A stretch of DNA of 64,000 nt from Carpediemonas membranifera BICM. Its lineage: Eukaryota; Protista; Fornicata. The first letter of the stretch is position 1; every line of letters begins with the position of its first letter. A program made the translations under genes and the position numbers. This document shows, in pieces, positions 9,044 to 19,399 of the stretch. The notes beneath the pieces are model-generated. The model saw only the letters and a program-made list of their open reading frames with translations. It was not told where the DNA came from and did not search any database. The stretch is taken from NCBI GenBank assembly GCA_019828565.1, contig JAHDYR010000012.1, positions 1,116,001 through 1,180,000 of the forward strand. The letters run 5' to 3'.

Positions 9044-12011
9044 TCTCGAGTGGATGAAGGCGAGACCGTCGGCCGCCTCGATGACGAGGTCGAGTAGCTC
9101 GACTGGCGTGAGTCGGCCCTGCCTCCGGAGCCGCTCGACATACTCGGTCAGGCTGCCAAGGGCGCAGAACTCGGTCACGATGTAGATGGCCGGAAGTTTC
9201 ACTGTGGCGCCCAGGAACTTGAGCACGTTGGGGTGGGACAGCTCGACGAGGGTCTTAGCCTCCCGGGCAAACTCGTTCATGCTCGTGGCATCCGCCTGGA
9301 ACGCCTCATGCAGCTTCTTGATGCAGACCACCTGATCCTTGTACACAGCACGCGATACAGACCCGAACCCGCCTGCTGCGATGACCTCAGTCTCGGTGAT
9401 CTTCTCGGGAGCTATGAAGAAGTCGAATATGGCCGAGTAGAGCTTGTTACTGGAGTCGACACCGAGTTTGGTCAGCTCGGCCTTGGCGAACTTGCGCAGA
9501 CGGCTCCTGATGATGGCCTTTCTGACCGCCTGGGCGCTGCGGCCTGCGAGCACGAGGGTGAAGAACCCGGTCACGATAACGCCCGTGCACATGGCGCTCA
9601 GCAGCACGGCCAACGTCACCGTGATGACGCCCATGGCGAGGTAGAGGGAGGCGCCCCCGCTGCCGCCCCTGTCGTAGAAGCGGGCGTACCGCTTGAGCTG
9701 GTCAGCCGCGACGTCCCTGTAGACCACCATGTCGTCCGTGACCACAGCCGCGGTGCAGGTGAACTGGGCCGCCGCGCAGTCCGCGTTGAAGCTGGACTCG
9801 TGCTCCCACCGCCGGGCCCCCGTCCCCAGGGGCGTGCCGGCGAAGAAGTGTGTCGAGCAGCAGCTGCTGGTTCCCACGTCTGTCAGGGCCATGACGGCGC
9901 CGTCCGCGATGACGTCGATCGCTGTAGTCACCATCCCCAGGAAGCAGAGGCCCGAGTCATGTGCCACAGTGACATTCGTGCTCGGCGACCAGTCCTGCGC
10001 GATCGGGCTCCACACAAAGGACTCCGCGAGCACGCACTGCACGTCGCCCGACGCGACTGTGGTCGTAACACCGTCGGCCCGGGAGAGCACAAACTCGTTG
10101 GGCCCGACAAAAACTGCGTGGGAGGCGTCGAACTGCCCCGTGGTCTCTATTGTCGCTGCCATCGTCCAGCCCGCCTCCTCCGTCTTCTCGAGCATCGTGA
10201 ACTTGCCCGAGGTAGTGTAGGCGGCCGCGTGGGTCCCCCTGATCTGCAGGTACGTCCCGAAGTGCGAGCTGCTGAGGGTCAGCACTGTAGGAGTGAGGGC
10301 GTCAGGGTAACCGACGGGATACCCCGCGTGTAGGTCATAAATCCAGACTGTACCGATGTTACTGCCGACCATGAGTGTCCCGCTGTTGTTATCGTCGACC
10401 TCGATCGCCATCCCATACCCGAAGTTGGTCGCCAGATAGGGGTTAGGTGCACTGGTCGGCACCAGTGACCATGCGGCCGTGGAGTTGAAGTAGCCGCTGT
10501 CCGCCTCCTGCAGGAAGCCGTAGACGGCCCCAACCTCGCTCTCCATGACTGCGCTGGTGATGAGCATCGTCTCTGTCATGACGATGGCCTCCCCGAACGC
10601 CGACCCCAGGGCGACCGATCCGAAGAGCTTGTTGGCGAGGGTGTGGCTGTTCGTGGCGTCACCCGCGGCGGTGTTCGTCACGTTCATGACCTGGATCTGA
10701 CTGAAGATGCGCTCGGACCTGGACCCCGTGGTGCCTATGGCCAGCTTGTTACCACTCTGGGCAATCACCTGTCCGAAGTTGGCGATGCTGTTGTCGGGCG
10801 AGATGATGGAGTCCGCCATGTACCATCCAGAGCCGCTGACACGGCCGAGGACAGTCACGGTGCTCTGGGACCCGGCCGCTTGGTCGTCGGGCTCGATGGT
10901 GATGAGCATGCTATCACCGTCGAGTGCGATCTCGGTCGGCCTGGCCCTCGCGATGCCCCACGAGACGCTGTCGTACGCGACGTGGGACGTCTGATTGAAC
11001 ACGAAGACACACATCGTGTCGTCCGCACCAAAGGCCAACGTGTCGTTCTGCAGGGCAAGCGGGACGCCGATGGAAAGGCCCGAGAGCCACTCGAGGTGCG
11101 GGTCGAACTGCCAGGCGACCTCAGTCCATGCTGACCCGCCCTGGGGCCGCTGGTAGATGTGGATGGCGCCATCGGGCACGCTGCCGTCGACAATCTCGCT
11201 CACTGCCAGCTGGTCGGAGGCGTAGGCCGGGTTTGTGTCGAGACTGACGGCACCGAACGACAGGCCGTTCGTGGCGTCGCTAGTGAAGGTGGCCTCCGTC
11301 GTCCAGCTGATTCCGGTGGCGTCCGTCGCCTTGTACACGGTGATAGTCCAGGAGTCCGCAGTTATGAAGGAGACGGCCGCGACCGTGCGGTTTTGGAAGT
11401 CAAAGTCACGAACAGCATCGCCCAGTGTAGCTACTTTGTTCCAGGACACGCCAGCTCCGGTTAAGGTGGCGCGGAACACGAATGCTGCCATGGGTGTGCT
11501 GAGGCACGTGGCGACGATGATGTTGTCGGACACGATGGCGCGATGCTCCTTGCAGCCGGGAATATACAGCACGAAGCCGCTTATCGCGCTGAACGCCGTG
11601 GTCAGGCCGATGTTGAACACGAATACGGTGGATGCAGACAGCGTCACCCAGGTGCCGTCGGTAAACACGTTGGACGTGGAGGTCGTCGCGTCGTCGAAGT
11701 AGCGCTGGGATAGCATGGTCCAGCTGCCCCTGAATACTGTGTATAGCGTTGCATGTGGACGGAGGTTGACTCCTGTGTGAGAAAGAACGTTCAAACAAAC
11801 CTGTCGCTGCGTCCATGTAGCGCGCCGTGTTGATGATAGCGATCTTTACGTCCTCAGACGCCGCTGACCGTGAGGCCATCGTCAGACTCGTCCCGAATGC
11901 CCCGGCCACGGTCGATGGACTTACTGTGTCCGCTCCATCGGCCGTGAATGCAACGTTGGCCGTCACTAAGCACAAACTAAGCAGAACAATCGAAAGCTGT
12001 AGCAATATCAT
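8552..12011 (-). CDS. Single-pass receptor-like TKL kinase with FG-GAP beta-propeller ectodomain; join(11801..12011, 8552..11772)
   Basis: Signal peptide MILLQLSIVLLSLCLVTA in exon 1 is joined in frame by a 28-nt intron. FGxxxA propeller repeats, a long TM segment, and kinase motifs GGFGSV, VCIKKL, HRDIKPDN, DLG, APE, DVFSF. Confidence 0.88.
11773..11800 (-). other. Spliceosomal intron, 28 nt (GTTTGT...CTCACACAG)
   Basis: Removing it joins the signal-peptide ORF to the 1080-aa kinase ORF in frame (ACA G|GA GTC). Confidence 0.85.
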
Positions 12012-12261
12012 TACTTGCTGGGACAGAGGGCTTGTTTCTGTCGCTCGCTCAGATGCTCGTTCGGGACCGATCTGGGATAATGATGACCTGCAATAGGCCT
12101 CCAATAACCTCCAGCGTGCCTCATAGTTGGGCCACGCGCCACCTTTCTTGGGTGTGAATATCGGACATCTTGCCTATCTGTGATCGACCACCGCGCCACT
12201 GAGGACATCATGTCCTGAGACTTTATGGATAGCATAAACTCTGTCTAACGTATGAATAACA

Positions 12262-13512
12262 CTACATGCTGAACAACTTCTCCATCCCCCGCAGGTCCAG
12301 GTCCGCATCGGCCTCCTCCTCGACATCGACCTTCGTGCCCCGCCGCCGCAGCTTAGACCCCGACCACCGCGCCAGGACCCCCGACACGAATGCCCCCGCT
12401 CTGAGCATCTCTCTCTTCTCCCTCGAGGCATGCCCCTCGATGTCCCCCAACTTCTTCTCGATCACCGCGAATGACTCTAGGGTCGAGTCGAGCTCAAGGC
12501 TACGGCATCCGGGACACAGAATGGAGTCGAGCAGGTCCACGTAGAAGAAGATTCGATGGTACTGCGCCTTTGACACACAGTCGGCGAAGTCATACACATG
12601 GGCCGCCATCTGCTCGAACACCTCGTCCCCGATGAGCGTGACATTCGCAGGGCTGTGGTCGAGCTCGAACAACCGCCCGACCGGCTTGAAGTCGCCGGGA
12701 TACACGTCCGCGGCGTCCAACGGAGACATGCGCCGCCGCTTGATCTCCAGGAGTCGTCGCCTCCGCTTCTCCTCGGCCTGGTCAATCTCCTCGTCCCGGA
12801 TCTCCATGAGCTTGGTCTCGGCGTTGAACGACAGCAGCGGCACGGGGTCTGAGTGGTGGAATAGGGAGACGAAGTGGTGGCCCAGGGCTTGCTCGGTGAT
12901 GTGGTCCTGGACCATCGCGTCGAACAGCAGCGGGCAGCCGAGTGTGACAACGAGCAGCCCGTCCCTGACGGCCTGGGGCACGTCCGGGTTGAGCAGCACG
13001 TCCATCGCCTTGATCATCGCAATGGCGCCCCCTAGGCTGTGTCCCGCGAACACGACGCGCTTATCCCCGTGTATGTAGCCCATGAACTCGGGGCTGTAGC
13101 CATTGGCCCGCAGGAGGAAGCCGCTGTGGACATGCCCAAGGAGGTGCCCGTGGAGAATAAGCTGGGACGGCTTCACCGTGACGTCAACGATGGCGTCCAG
13201 CGAACCTGACGTCCCCATGAAGACGATGTAGACGGTGTCGGCGTCCTCGGCGAACAGGTAGTTGGTGTACCCGAGGCGGGTGATGGTGCAGTGGGTCAAA
13301 CGGACGAAGCCATGCGTCCTGGTGTTGAGCATGTTGATCAGAAATTGCGAGTGCGTTTGCCTGGCGGCCTCTGGGGTGTCGATTGAGACCCCATACAGCG
13401 TCGCGAGGCGCCTGCAGAGGTTAGGATCATCGTAGACTAACGCTGAGAGGTATATGGCTGTTATTAGTTGTGAAACGTTCTCTTTGTCGAAAACTCGGCC
13501 AAGATCGACCAT
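12262..13512 (-). CDS. Class 3 lipase (alpha/beta hydrolase)
   Basis: YIVFMGT, VHSGF, nucleophile elbow GHSLGG, TLGCP, DPVP. Confidence 0.9.
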   Translation of the reverse strand: MVDLGRVFDKENVSQLITAIYLSALVYDDPNLCRRLATLYGVSIDTPEAARQTHSQFLINMLNTRTHGFVRLTHCTITRLGYTNYLFAEDADTVYIVFMGTSGSLDAIVDVTVKPSQLILHGHLLGHVHSGFLLRANGYSPEFMGYIHGDKRVVFAGHSLGGAIAMIKAMDVLLNPDVPQAVRDGLLVVTLGCPLLFDAMVQDHITEQALGHHFVSLFHHSDPVPLLSFNAETKLMEIRDEEIDQAEEKRRRRLLEIKRRRMSPLDAADVYPGDFKPVGRLFELDHSPANVTLIGDEVFEQMAAHVYDFADCVSKAQYHRIFFYVDLLDSILCPGCRSLELDSTLESFAVIEKKLGDIEGHASREKREMLRAGAFVSGVLARWSGSKLRRRGTKVDVEEEADADLDLRGMEKLFSM

Positions 13513-13808
13513 TGTTTCCTTGTGATGATGTTGAACGTGATGGGGCTCGTTTAATAAACGGCATGCGGTCGGCCGTCGCTGACCCCTGAGCTGCCCCAGT
13601 TCACTGTATGACTGCTCAGCGGCATCAGACCAGTCTTATGAAGTATGGTGGGTTTCTGAGTGGTCGGTTGGTCGTGTCCGCATTTGGCCGACCCTATTGG
13701 CGGGCTCAGCCTGGGTCTAGCGGGTGGAGGACGCGTTTTTTGGCGCCATAGAGGCGTCTGTAGCCGGATAGGGCTGAACCATTGACGACTTCATTTCTGC
13801 GTTCAGCG

Positions 13809-15077
13809 ATGTCTCTTCCTGCCGGCTACAGCATCTCAAGGGACCCATTGACAGATCCATCATTCGCCAAACGCCGGAGTACGTACGAAAAGGCCCCGAT
13901 TGCTGAGCGGAGGATTATTACGAGCGAGGCATTGGAAAAGAAGCGCGTACCATTCCACGGGAACCTGACGATGGCCACAAACAGCAGTGCGCTGATGATG
14001 AAGCAAACATGTACGACGCAAAGGCCCCATAGGCAGTTTGAGCGCCTCCCACAGTATGCCCTTTCGATTGATGAACACATCACCAGCATCGCCATCCAGC
14101 CGGTGCATGCCGAGGACGAATCCGTTCCCCTCTTCGCGGTTGGGACCGAGGGCGGGCAGGTGCATGTCTTCGAGTTCGGTATGCGGCTGGTCGGGCGTTG
14201 TCTCGCCCACTCTCAGCAGACCGTGACGGCCTTGGCCTTCTCCACGATACACCCATACATATACAGCGGCAGCACAGACAACTCGGTCAAGCTGCTCACG
14301 TTCGACCGAGCTGCGGGCCAGCTGGTCGAGTCTGCGCGATTCAACGGCAGCACGGCCACCATCAAGGGCGTAGGCTCGCTCTACTTCCCCTTCAAGAAGG
14401 GGGAGAACGACATGGTCTACGGCGTGGCCCTAGACACTGAGCTCCGCGCCTGGGACGTCACCGGCGGCCAGCTGCACACCCGCCCCGCCCAGTCCGCCCG
14501 GGTTGCCACGGGGTGCCTCAGCATGGTAGCCATCCCCCGCGTGGGTGAGGGCAGTGTGGTCGTTGTAGGCACTAGGGGCGGCGACGTCCGCGCGTTCAGG
14601 GCAGACCGAGCGGGCCTGACCCAGATGGGCCAGCCGCTGCAGCTGCACGAGAGGAGCGTCGTTGCTATGGCCTTGTGGTACGACGACGGTGCCCCCCGCA
14701 TCGTCACGGCGTCTTCGGACCGAGTGGTGTGCTGGGACTTCGTGCCCACCGGCCCCGCCCCCATGAGGATGATAGGGGAGCTCGAGCTCGCAGACATCGG
14801 GCTAACGCACTCCGTGGTGCGGGCGGTGGCAGCCACAGACGATGGCCTCATCGCCATGGCGGCGGACGGGGTCCATCTGCTCGACGCGCACTCCCTGAGT
14901 CTCGGCCGGCCCTCCCTCGTCGGGTCGCTCCCCCTGCCCCAGGATGGGCACTTCCAGCCCGGGCCAGACCGCAGCGTCGTCACCAGCGTGGCGTTTGATG
15001 CGACGGCGACGAGGCTGCTGGTGGGATCGACGAGCACGGCGTACCCCTTCTTGGTCTACGGCCAGGTCGAGGATTGA
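13809..15077 (+). CDS. WD40-repeat protein
   Basis: Repeats such as H...VTALAFS...YSGSTDNSVKL, LRAWD and IVTASSDRVVCWD. Confidence 0.8.
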   Translation: MSLPAGYSISRDPLTDPSFAKRRSTYEKAPIAERRIITSEALEKKRVPFHGNLTMATNSSALMMKQTCTTQRPHRQFERLPQYALSIDEHITSIAIQPVHAEDESVPLFAVGTEGGQVHVFEFGMRLVGRCLAHSQQTVTALAFSTIHPYIYSGSTDNSVKLLTFDRAAGQLVESARFNGSTATIKGVGSLYFPFKKGENDMVYGVALDTELRAWDVTGGQLHTRPAQSARVATGCLSMVAIPRVGEGSVVVVGTRGGDVRAFRADRAGLTQMGQPLQLHERSVVAMALWYDDGAPRIVTASSDRVVCWDFVPTGPAPMRMIGELELADIGLTHSVVRAVAATDDGLIAMAADGVHLLDAHSLSLGRPSLVGSLPLPQDGHFQPGPDRSVVTSVAFDATATRLLVGSTSTAYPFLVYGQVED

Positions 15078-15106
15078 TCTGCAGTTAATGTCACCGAGCA
15101 GTTTTA

Positions 15107-16915
15107 TTAATTAAAATTCGTCCCCATGGTATACTCGTCGATGAGCTCAGCCTGCAGCATCGTCTCCTTGCCCTTGTCGATCGGCCCAACTCGCGTCACC
15201 GGCCTGTGGCTGCGGAGGTCCGAGGCCGGAGGGACCTTACCACCCCCGTCGGCCAGCACCAGGCAGTGGTACATCATGCGGAACCCCGCCGGGTGGAGCC
15301 ATTCGAGGCCATGTTCGGAGATTCCGGCCTTCTGCTCCTCCGCCAAGATCCTTATTCTGCGAAAAAGGGTGTGGATCTTGGGCGGGGTGATCTCTTGCTG
15401 GGTCTGACCCACGCTGGACTTGAAGGGCACGAAGATCGTTGACCCGTGCAGCTGGGCGTACGGCGACAGCTTCCGCCATCGGCGGAGGGCGTCTGCGCTG
15501 TATACGCTGAGGATTATTGTCGCCTTGGCCCCCTCCCCCGGGCGGGAGACAATGATAGTGGCCGCCTGACCGGGCTCTTTGGGGTCCTTGAAGTCGCGCC
15601 ACCTCATCTCGGACAGCTGCTCGGGGGTAAATCCGTTCGTGACCATGAGCATCGTCATCGCCCGGCACATCACCATGCGGCCCGCCGCGGGTGTCTTCTT
15701 ACCCATCTTGTCCGTCTGGCTAACGTGCTTGTTCATGAGGCGCATCAGCTTGTTGAAGTCCTCGTACGATAGACAGCCGACCTTGGAACCTGGACAGTCA
15801 TCGAACGTTGCAAACTGCCCCCACGTGTGCCAGCCATGCCACCAAGTATACCGCTGCAGCCTGAGCAGAACCCGCTTCACCGCACGCCTCGCCTGAGAGT
15901 TCTCACCGAACTTTTCCGCGACGAACTTGGTCACCAGCGTGCGGCCGACGTCCCCAGGGAACCCGAACACGAACCTGAGCACCGCCTCTACCTCCTCCGG
16001 CGCCGTCTCCGGGGCGGGCCCAAGGGTCCAGGTAGGATGGTGCAGTTTAGGGTCATCCATGGCCTGGCGGCGAGTGTAGATGCAGAACTTGCCCAGGTAC
16101 TGACCGTACCGGGTCTGCGTACTCGCCATGAGGTTGTCGAAGAGGTCCCACGGCTTGTACTGCTCCCGCGGCCAGATCCTGACCTTGCCGTCGTTCGTGA
16201 AGAGCGGCTTGGGCGGCAGCTCGACCGCCGGCTCCTGTTTCACGGCAGCCACCGTGGCTGGGCTGGGCGCGTCTGGGCGCCTCTCTTGGCCCGCAGACTC
16301 CGCCTCTTGCTCCTCGGATTCCTCCCCCGATTCTGGGGTGGACTCTTGCTCATCTTCATACTCATCACCCGCATCGCTTTCCTCTGAAGACGACGACGAC
16401 GATGACCCACTGTCGACAATCGGTTCCCTGGGGCCCTGAGGGGGGCCTCCCGTCCGCCGAGCCAGGGAGACGGCCGCGGGCATGTCCCAGTCCGACATCT
16501 CGGACACGATCGACTCCTCTGAATACGTGTCCGACTCATCACCGTCGAGCCCCTCGTCGGCGGGATGGGGGGGATCCGCCAGGACAGGGGTCGGGAGTCG
16601 AGCTTGGCCAAATTCTGCCTGCACACGTCGGGAAACCTCTGCCTTGAGCTCAGGCAGCCTGGACTCGAGGGTTTCGAACACGATCTCGGTGAACCTGGCG
16701 AATATTGAGCCCGTGTCAAAGGGCACTGGCTCGTCCGTGTCGGGAACGCGCTTTAGCTCCAATCCCGATGAAGGAAGAGTCTTCAAGACACGGGCATTGG
16801 TGCTATTAGCAGTTGTATTGTGCTTAGCTTGGCTGGATTTGGGGCCAGACCTTGCAGCGGTTGAATTGGTGCTGCCAGTGGAATCTTGCGTTGTGTTCTT
16901 CCTCTTGCGTGGCAT
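15107..16915 (-). CDS. Tyrosine recombinase (XerC/D-like)-fold protein, probably catalytically inactive, with basic NLS-like start and acidic disordered region
   Basis: Core-binding-like helices (STQTRYGQYLGKF; RAVKRVLLRLQRY), linker LSYEDFNKLM, box I RAMTMLMVTNGFTPEQLSEMRWRDF, SADALRRW...IFV, box II HPAGFRMMYHCLVLADG...DLRSH. Starts MPRKRK. Confidence 0.7.
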   Translation of the reverse strand: MPRKRKNTTQDSTGSTNSTAARSGPKSSQAKHNTTANSTNARVLKTLPSSGLELKRVPDTDEPVPFDTGSIFARFTEIVFETLESRLPELKAEVSRRVQAEFGQARLPTPVLADPPHPADEGLDGDESDTYSEESIVSEMSDWDMPAAVSLARRTGGPPQGPREPIVDSGSSSSSSSEESDAGDEYEDEQESTPESGEESEEQEAESAGQERRPDAPSPATVAAVKQEPAVELPPKPLFTNDGKVRIWPREQYKPWDLFDNLMASTQTRYGQYLGKFCIYTRRQAMDDPKLHHPTWTLGPAPETAPEEVEAVLRFVFGFPGDVGRTLVTKFVAEKFGENSQARRAVKRVLLRLQRYTWWHGWHTWGQFATFDDCPGSKVGCLSYEDFNKLMRLMNKHVSQTDKMGKKTPAAGRMVMCRAMTMLMVTNGFTPEQLSEMRWRDFKDPKEPGQAATIIVSRPGEGAKATIILSVYSADALRRWRKLSPYAQLHGSTIFVPFKSSVGQTQQEITPPKIHTLFRRIRILAEEQKAGISEHGLEWLHPAGFRMMYHCLVLADGGGKVPPASDLRSHRPVTRVGPIDKGKETMLQAELIDEYTMGTNFN

Positions 16916-17191
16916 TAACGGCTGTGTTTTTAGGACTCCTGCTTGACAGCCGTGCGAAGGGCGCACAGTAACTCTACCTTCCAAGTGGATTACTCGCAAC
17001 GGATTTACGCGCGAACATACTGGTCATGTACCGGTCCCGGGGGGCCAGGTTCGAGCGCTCAGCCGGCCCGGGACGAATAACTGGCCTTTAATGAGCGGCT
17101 GGTGAAAATGCCACACTTCACTGATCCCCTTGTTGCTCGCAGCGTCATAGTCGTATTTATACGGAAAAACAAAACAAAGCTGCAACACAAA

Positions 17192-19075
17192 TCAGTGGAA
17201 CTGGGCGATCGCCGTCTTCGCTGGGTCCAGCGCCCACATGCTGAGTTTCCCCGCCCCGTCGAAGGCGTACGTCCGCCGCACCATGGGTCTCGGCACCCGG
17301 ACAACCTCGTCGCGGCCCCGGCCCTCGCTGTCGACTCCGAGGTGGCCGTGGTAGTTCTCCCCGCACGCCAGCACGGCCCCGCTGTCTGTGGTGAACCAGG
17401 TCGAGAGCCCACCCGGCGACGCCCTGATCTCGGTGATGCCCTTGACGTCGAGCTTGACCCAAAAATCACAGTCGCCCGGCACGGGGACGCCCAGGGCGCC
17501 GTAGTCGTTGGACCCGAGGCCGTACCAGTCGCCTGTGTCGTGGCGCTGGACCCAGTACGCGTCGTCTCCGCATACGAACCGGGAGACGGGCCATGGGAAG
17601 GGGATCTGGTCGAGCTCGGCGTACTCGGAGTCCCGGAAGTACCAGAAGTCCGCACGGAGCCCGCATGCCCGGATGACGCCGTCGTGAAGGAAGAGGCCGG
17701 TCGTGCCGTCGAACGCGGCGTCCGTCACGGGGAAGGGCAGCTTAGCCAGCCGGGGGACGTCGTCGTCGTGCCCCAGCCCGAAGCGGGCCTCACAGTTCTC
17801 CCCGGCGACGTAGAGGTCCTGGCCGACGAGCACGGAGACCATGCTGTCCGAGAAGCGGAGATCACGGACGGAGGGGCCGCGGGGCATGGGGACGGGTGTG
17901 AAGTGCGGCACGATCTCCGTCTGCTGGCCCACCCCGAGCCGGCCGTGGGCGTTGTCACCGGCGGCGATGACACCCACCGGTGTCTCTATGAACGTCTGGG
18001 CCTGGCAGACGAGGATGTCGACGACGAGGCGGTCCTTGCGCCACGTAGCCAGCCCCTCCTCGAAGCGACTGACCTTGGGGGCCATGGGGAAGCGGGCACG
18101 GCGGGGGACCTTCAGGAAGCCGAACGACCCCCCCAGCCCGAGGGCCCCGAAGCGGTTGTCCCCCATAGTGTAGAGGCCCCGTGCCGTGACAGCCACCACA
18201 AACAGCGCGTCCCTGCTGTTGCCGCTGAACGACAGCACGGGCGGGACCCGGATGCGGTGGAACGTCGGGATGGTCTCGACCTCCCCGGGATCCGCTGGGT
18301 TCGAGCGGTTGGTGCCGCACACGAAGAGGCGACCGTGGTAGAGGATCGAGTCCAGCTTGGCGAACCGGTTCAGCTCGGTATGGCGCTCGCCGTCACGAGA
18401 GGCTACGCTCCTACAGAAGGCGAACTTCTTGCAGAGGAACCAGAGGACCCGGGCATCCTTGCTGAACTCACCTGCAGCGCCCTCGCCGAGACTGGGGTCT
18501 GCGCCCGCCTGCATGAGGGTTGCCCACACAGTGCCCTGCATCAGTGTGTACAGCGTGTCAGGCAGCCCGCCGTCTGCGAGCTCGATATTCATGGACCTGT
18601 CGCCGCCAGTCCGGAGGAGACGCCGCGCCGTGGACAACTCGTTGATCCGGACGGGCGGGTCCGCTGGTATGGACTCGAGGGTGGACTGGATGTGGCCGAG
18701 CCGCTGCTCGATGGTTGTTGGTGTGATGAAGGTCGGGACGGCAGTGCTGGTGCCGCCTATCCGTGCAACAACGGCCTTGTGCGCCCGCTTGATGAGGGTG
18801 GGTATGTCTCCTGGATGGTGCATCGTCACTTGGTCGACAACGGCGCCGAGGGCTTGAAGCTTTGATGCTATGAGGGTCAGCTGGTCATCGGACGTCGTCT
18901 GAACAGAGTTGATGCTCTCTAAAGCATAGAGATCTGTGATTGTTGCGATAAGATTGCGGCAAGCGCTCAGCATTCTCTCTTTAGCTGCAGTTGTTGCGTT
19001 TGTGAGCTCAGTTGATTGCAATGTGCCTAATACCGCTTCCAGCATCGCTATGGATGCTTGCGGGGAGTCTATCAT
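17192..19075 (-). CDS. RCC1/BLIP-II repeat protein, lineage-specific family (paralog of 44292-45881)
   Basis: Repeats GDNRFGALG, GDNAHGRLG, GENCEARFG, GSNDYGALG, GENYHGHLG. Confidence 0.85.
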   Translation of the reverse strand: MIDSPQASIAMLEAVLGTLQSTELTNATTAAKERMLSACRNLIATITDLYALESINSVQTTSDDQLTLIASKLQALGAVVDQVTMHHPGDIPTLIKRAHKAVVARIGGTSTAVPTFITPTTIEQRLGHIQSTLESIPADPPVRINELSTARRLLRTGGDRSMNIELADGGLPDTLYTLMQGTVWATLMQAGADPSLGEGAAGEFSKDARVLWFLCKKFAFCRSVASRDGERHTELNRFAKLDSILYHGRLFVCGTNRSNPADPGEVETIPTFHRIRVPPVLSFSGNSRDALFVVAVTARGLYTMGDNRFGALGLGGSFGFLKVPRRARFPMAPKVSRFEEGLATWRKDRLVVDILVCQAQTFIETPVGVIAAGDNAHGRLGVGQQTEIVPHFTPVPMPRGPSVRDLRFSDSMVSVLVGQDLYVAGENCEARFGLGHDDDVPRLAKLPFPVTDAAFDGTTGLFLHDGVIRACGLRADFWYFRDSEYAELDQIPFPWPVSRFVCGDDAYWVQRHDTGDWYGLGSNDYGALGVPVPGDCDFWVKLDVKGITEIRASPGGLSTWFTTDSGAVLACGENYHGHLGVDSEGRGRDEVVRVPRPMVRRTYAFDGAGKLSMWALDPAKTAIAQFH

Positions 19076-19399
19076 GCGTTTCTGTTGTACCGCTCCTTGT
19101 GGAACAAGTGGTAAAGCCCTTCACTTCTTCTTGGCACAAATCTCGAAAATTTGTGCTGGGGCGACCACGGGACAACGGAGCCAGGCTAGGCTCGGGGCAG
19201 ACGGCATACACCCATGCCAGATCCGGTTTAAAGTTTCTAGGTGAACACACGGCGAAGCGAATCGAATCGAATCGCCAGATCATAAAATTTGTATCAAGCG
19301 GCTGTCGGCCCTTTAACGTCTCAATAGCTCGGCAGCAGACCCCAGACCCGCAATCAGACCTGTATCGAGTCCTGGCTGCGGTTTATAGCATGGTGCAGC

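Noticed and set aside
17040-17060. tRNA suggested by GGTTCGA
   Set aside because: No cloverleaf: acceptor, D and anticodon arms cannot be formed.
17102-18865. Long antisense ORFs (this 587-aa one; also 40466-42340, 35056-36462, 51302-52663, 58396-59763 and others)
   Set aside because: They mirror real GC3-rich genes on the opposite strand, where codon bias suppresses stops. They have no motifs of their own.
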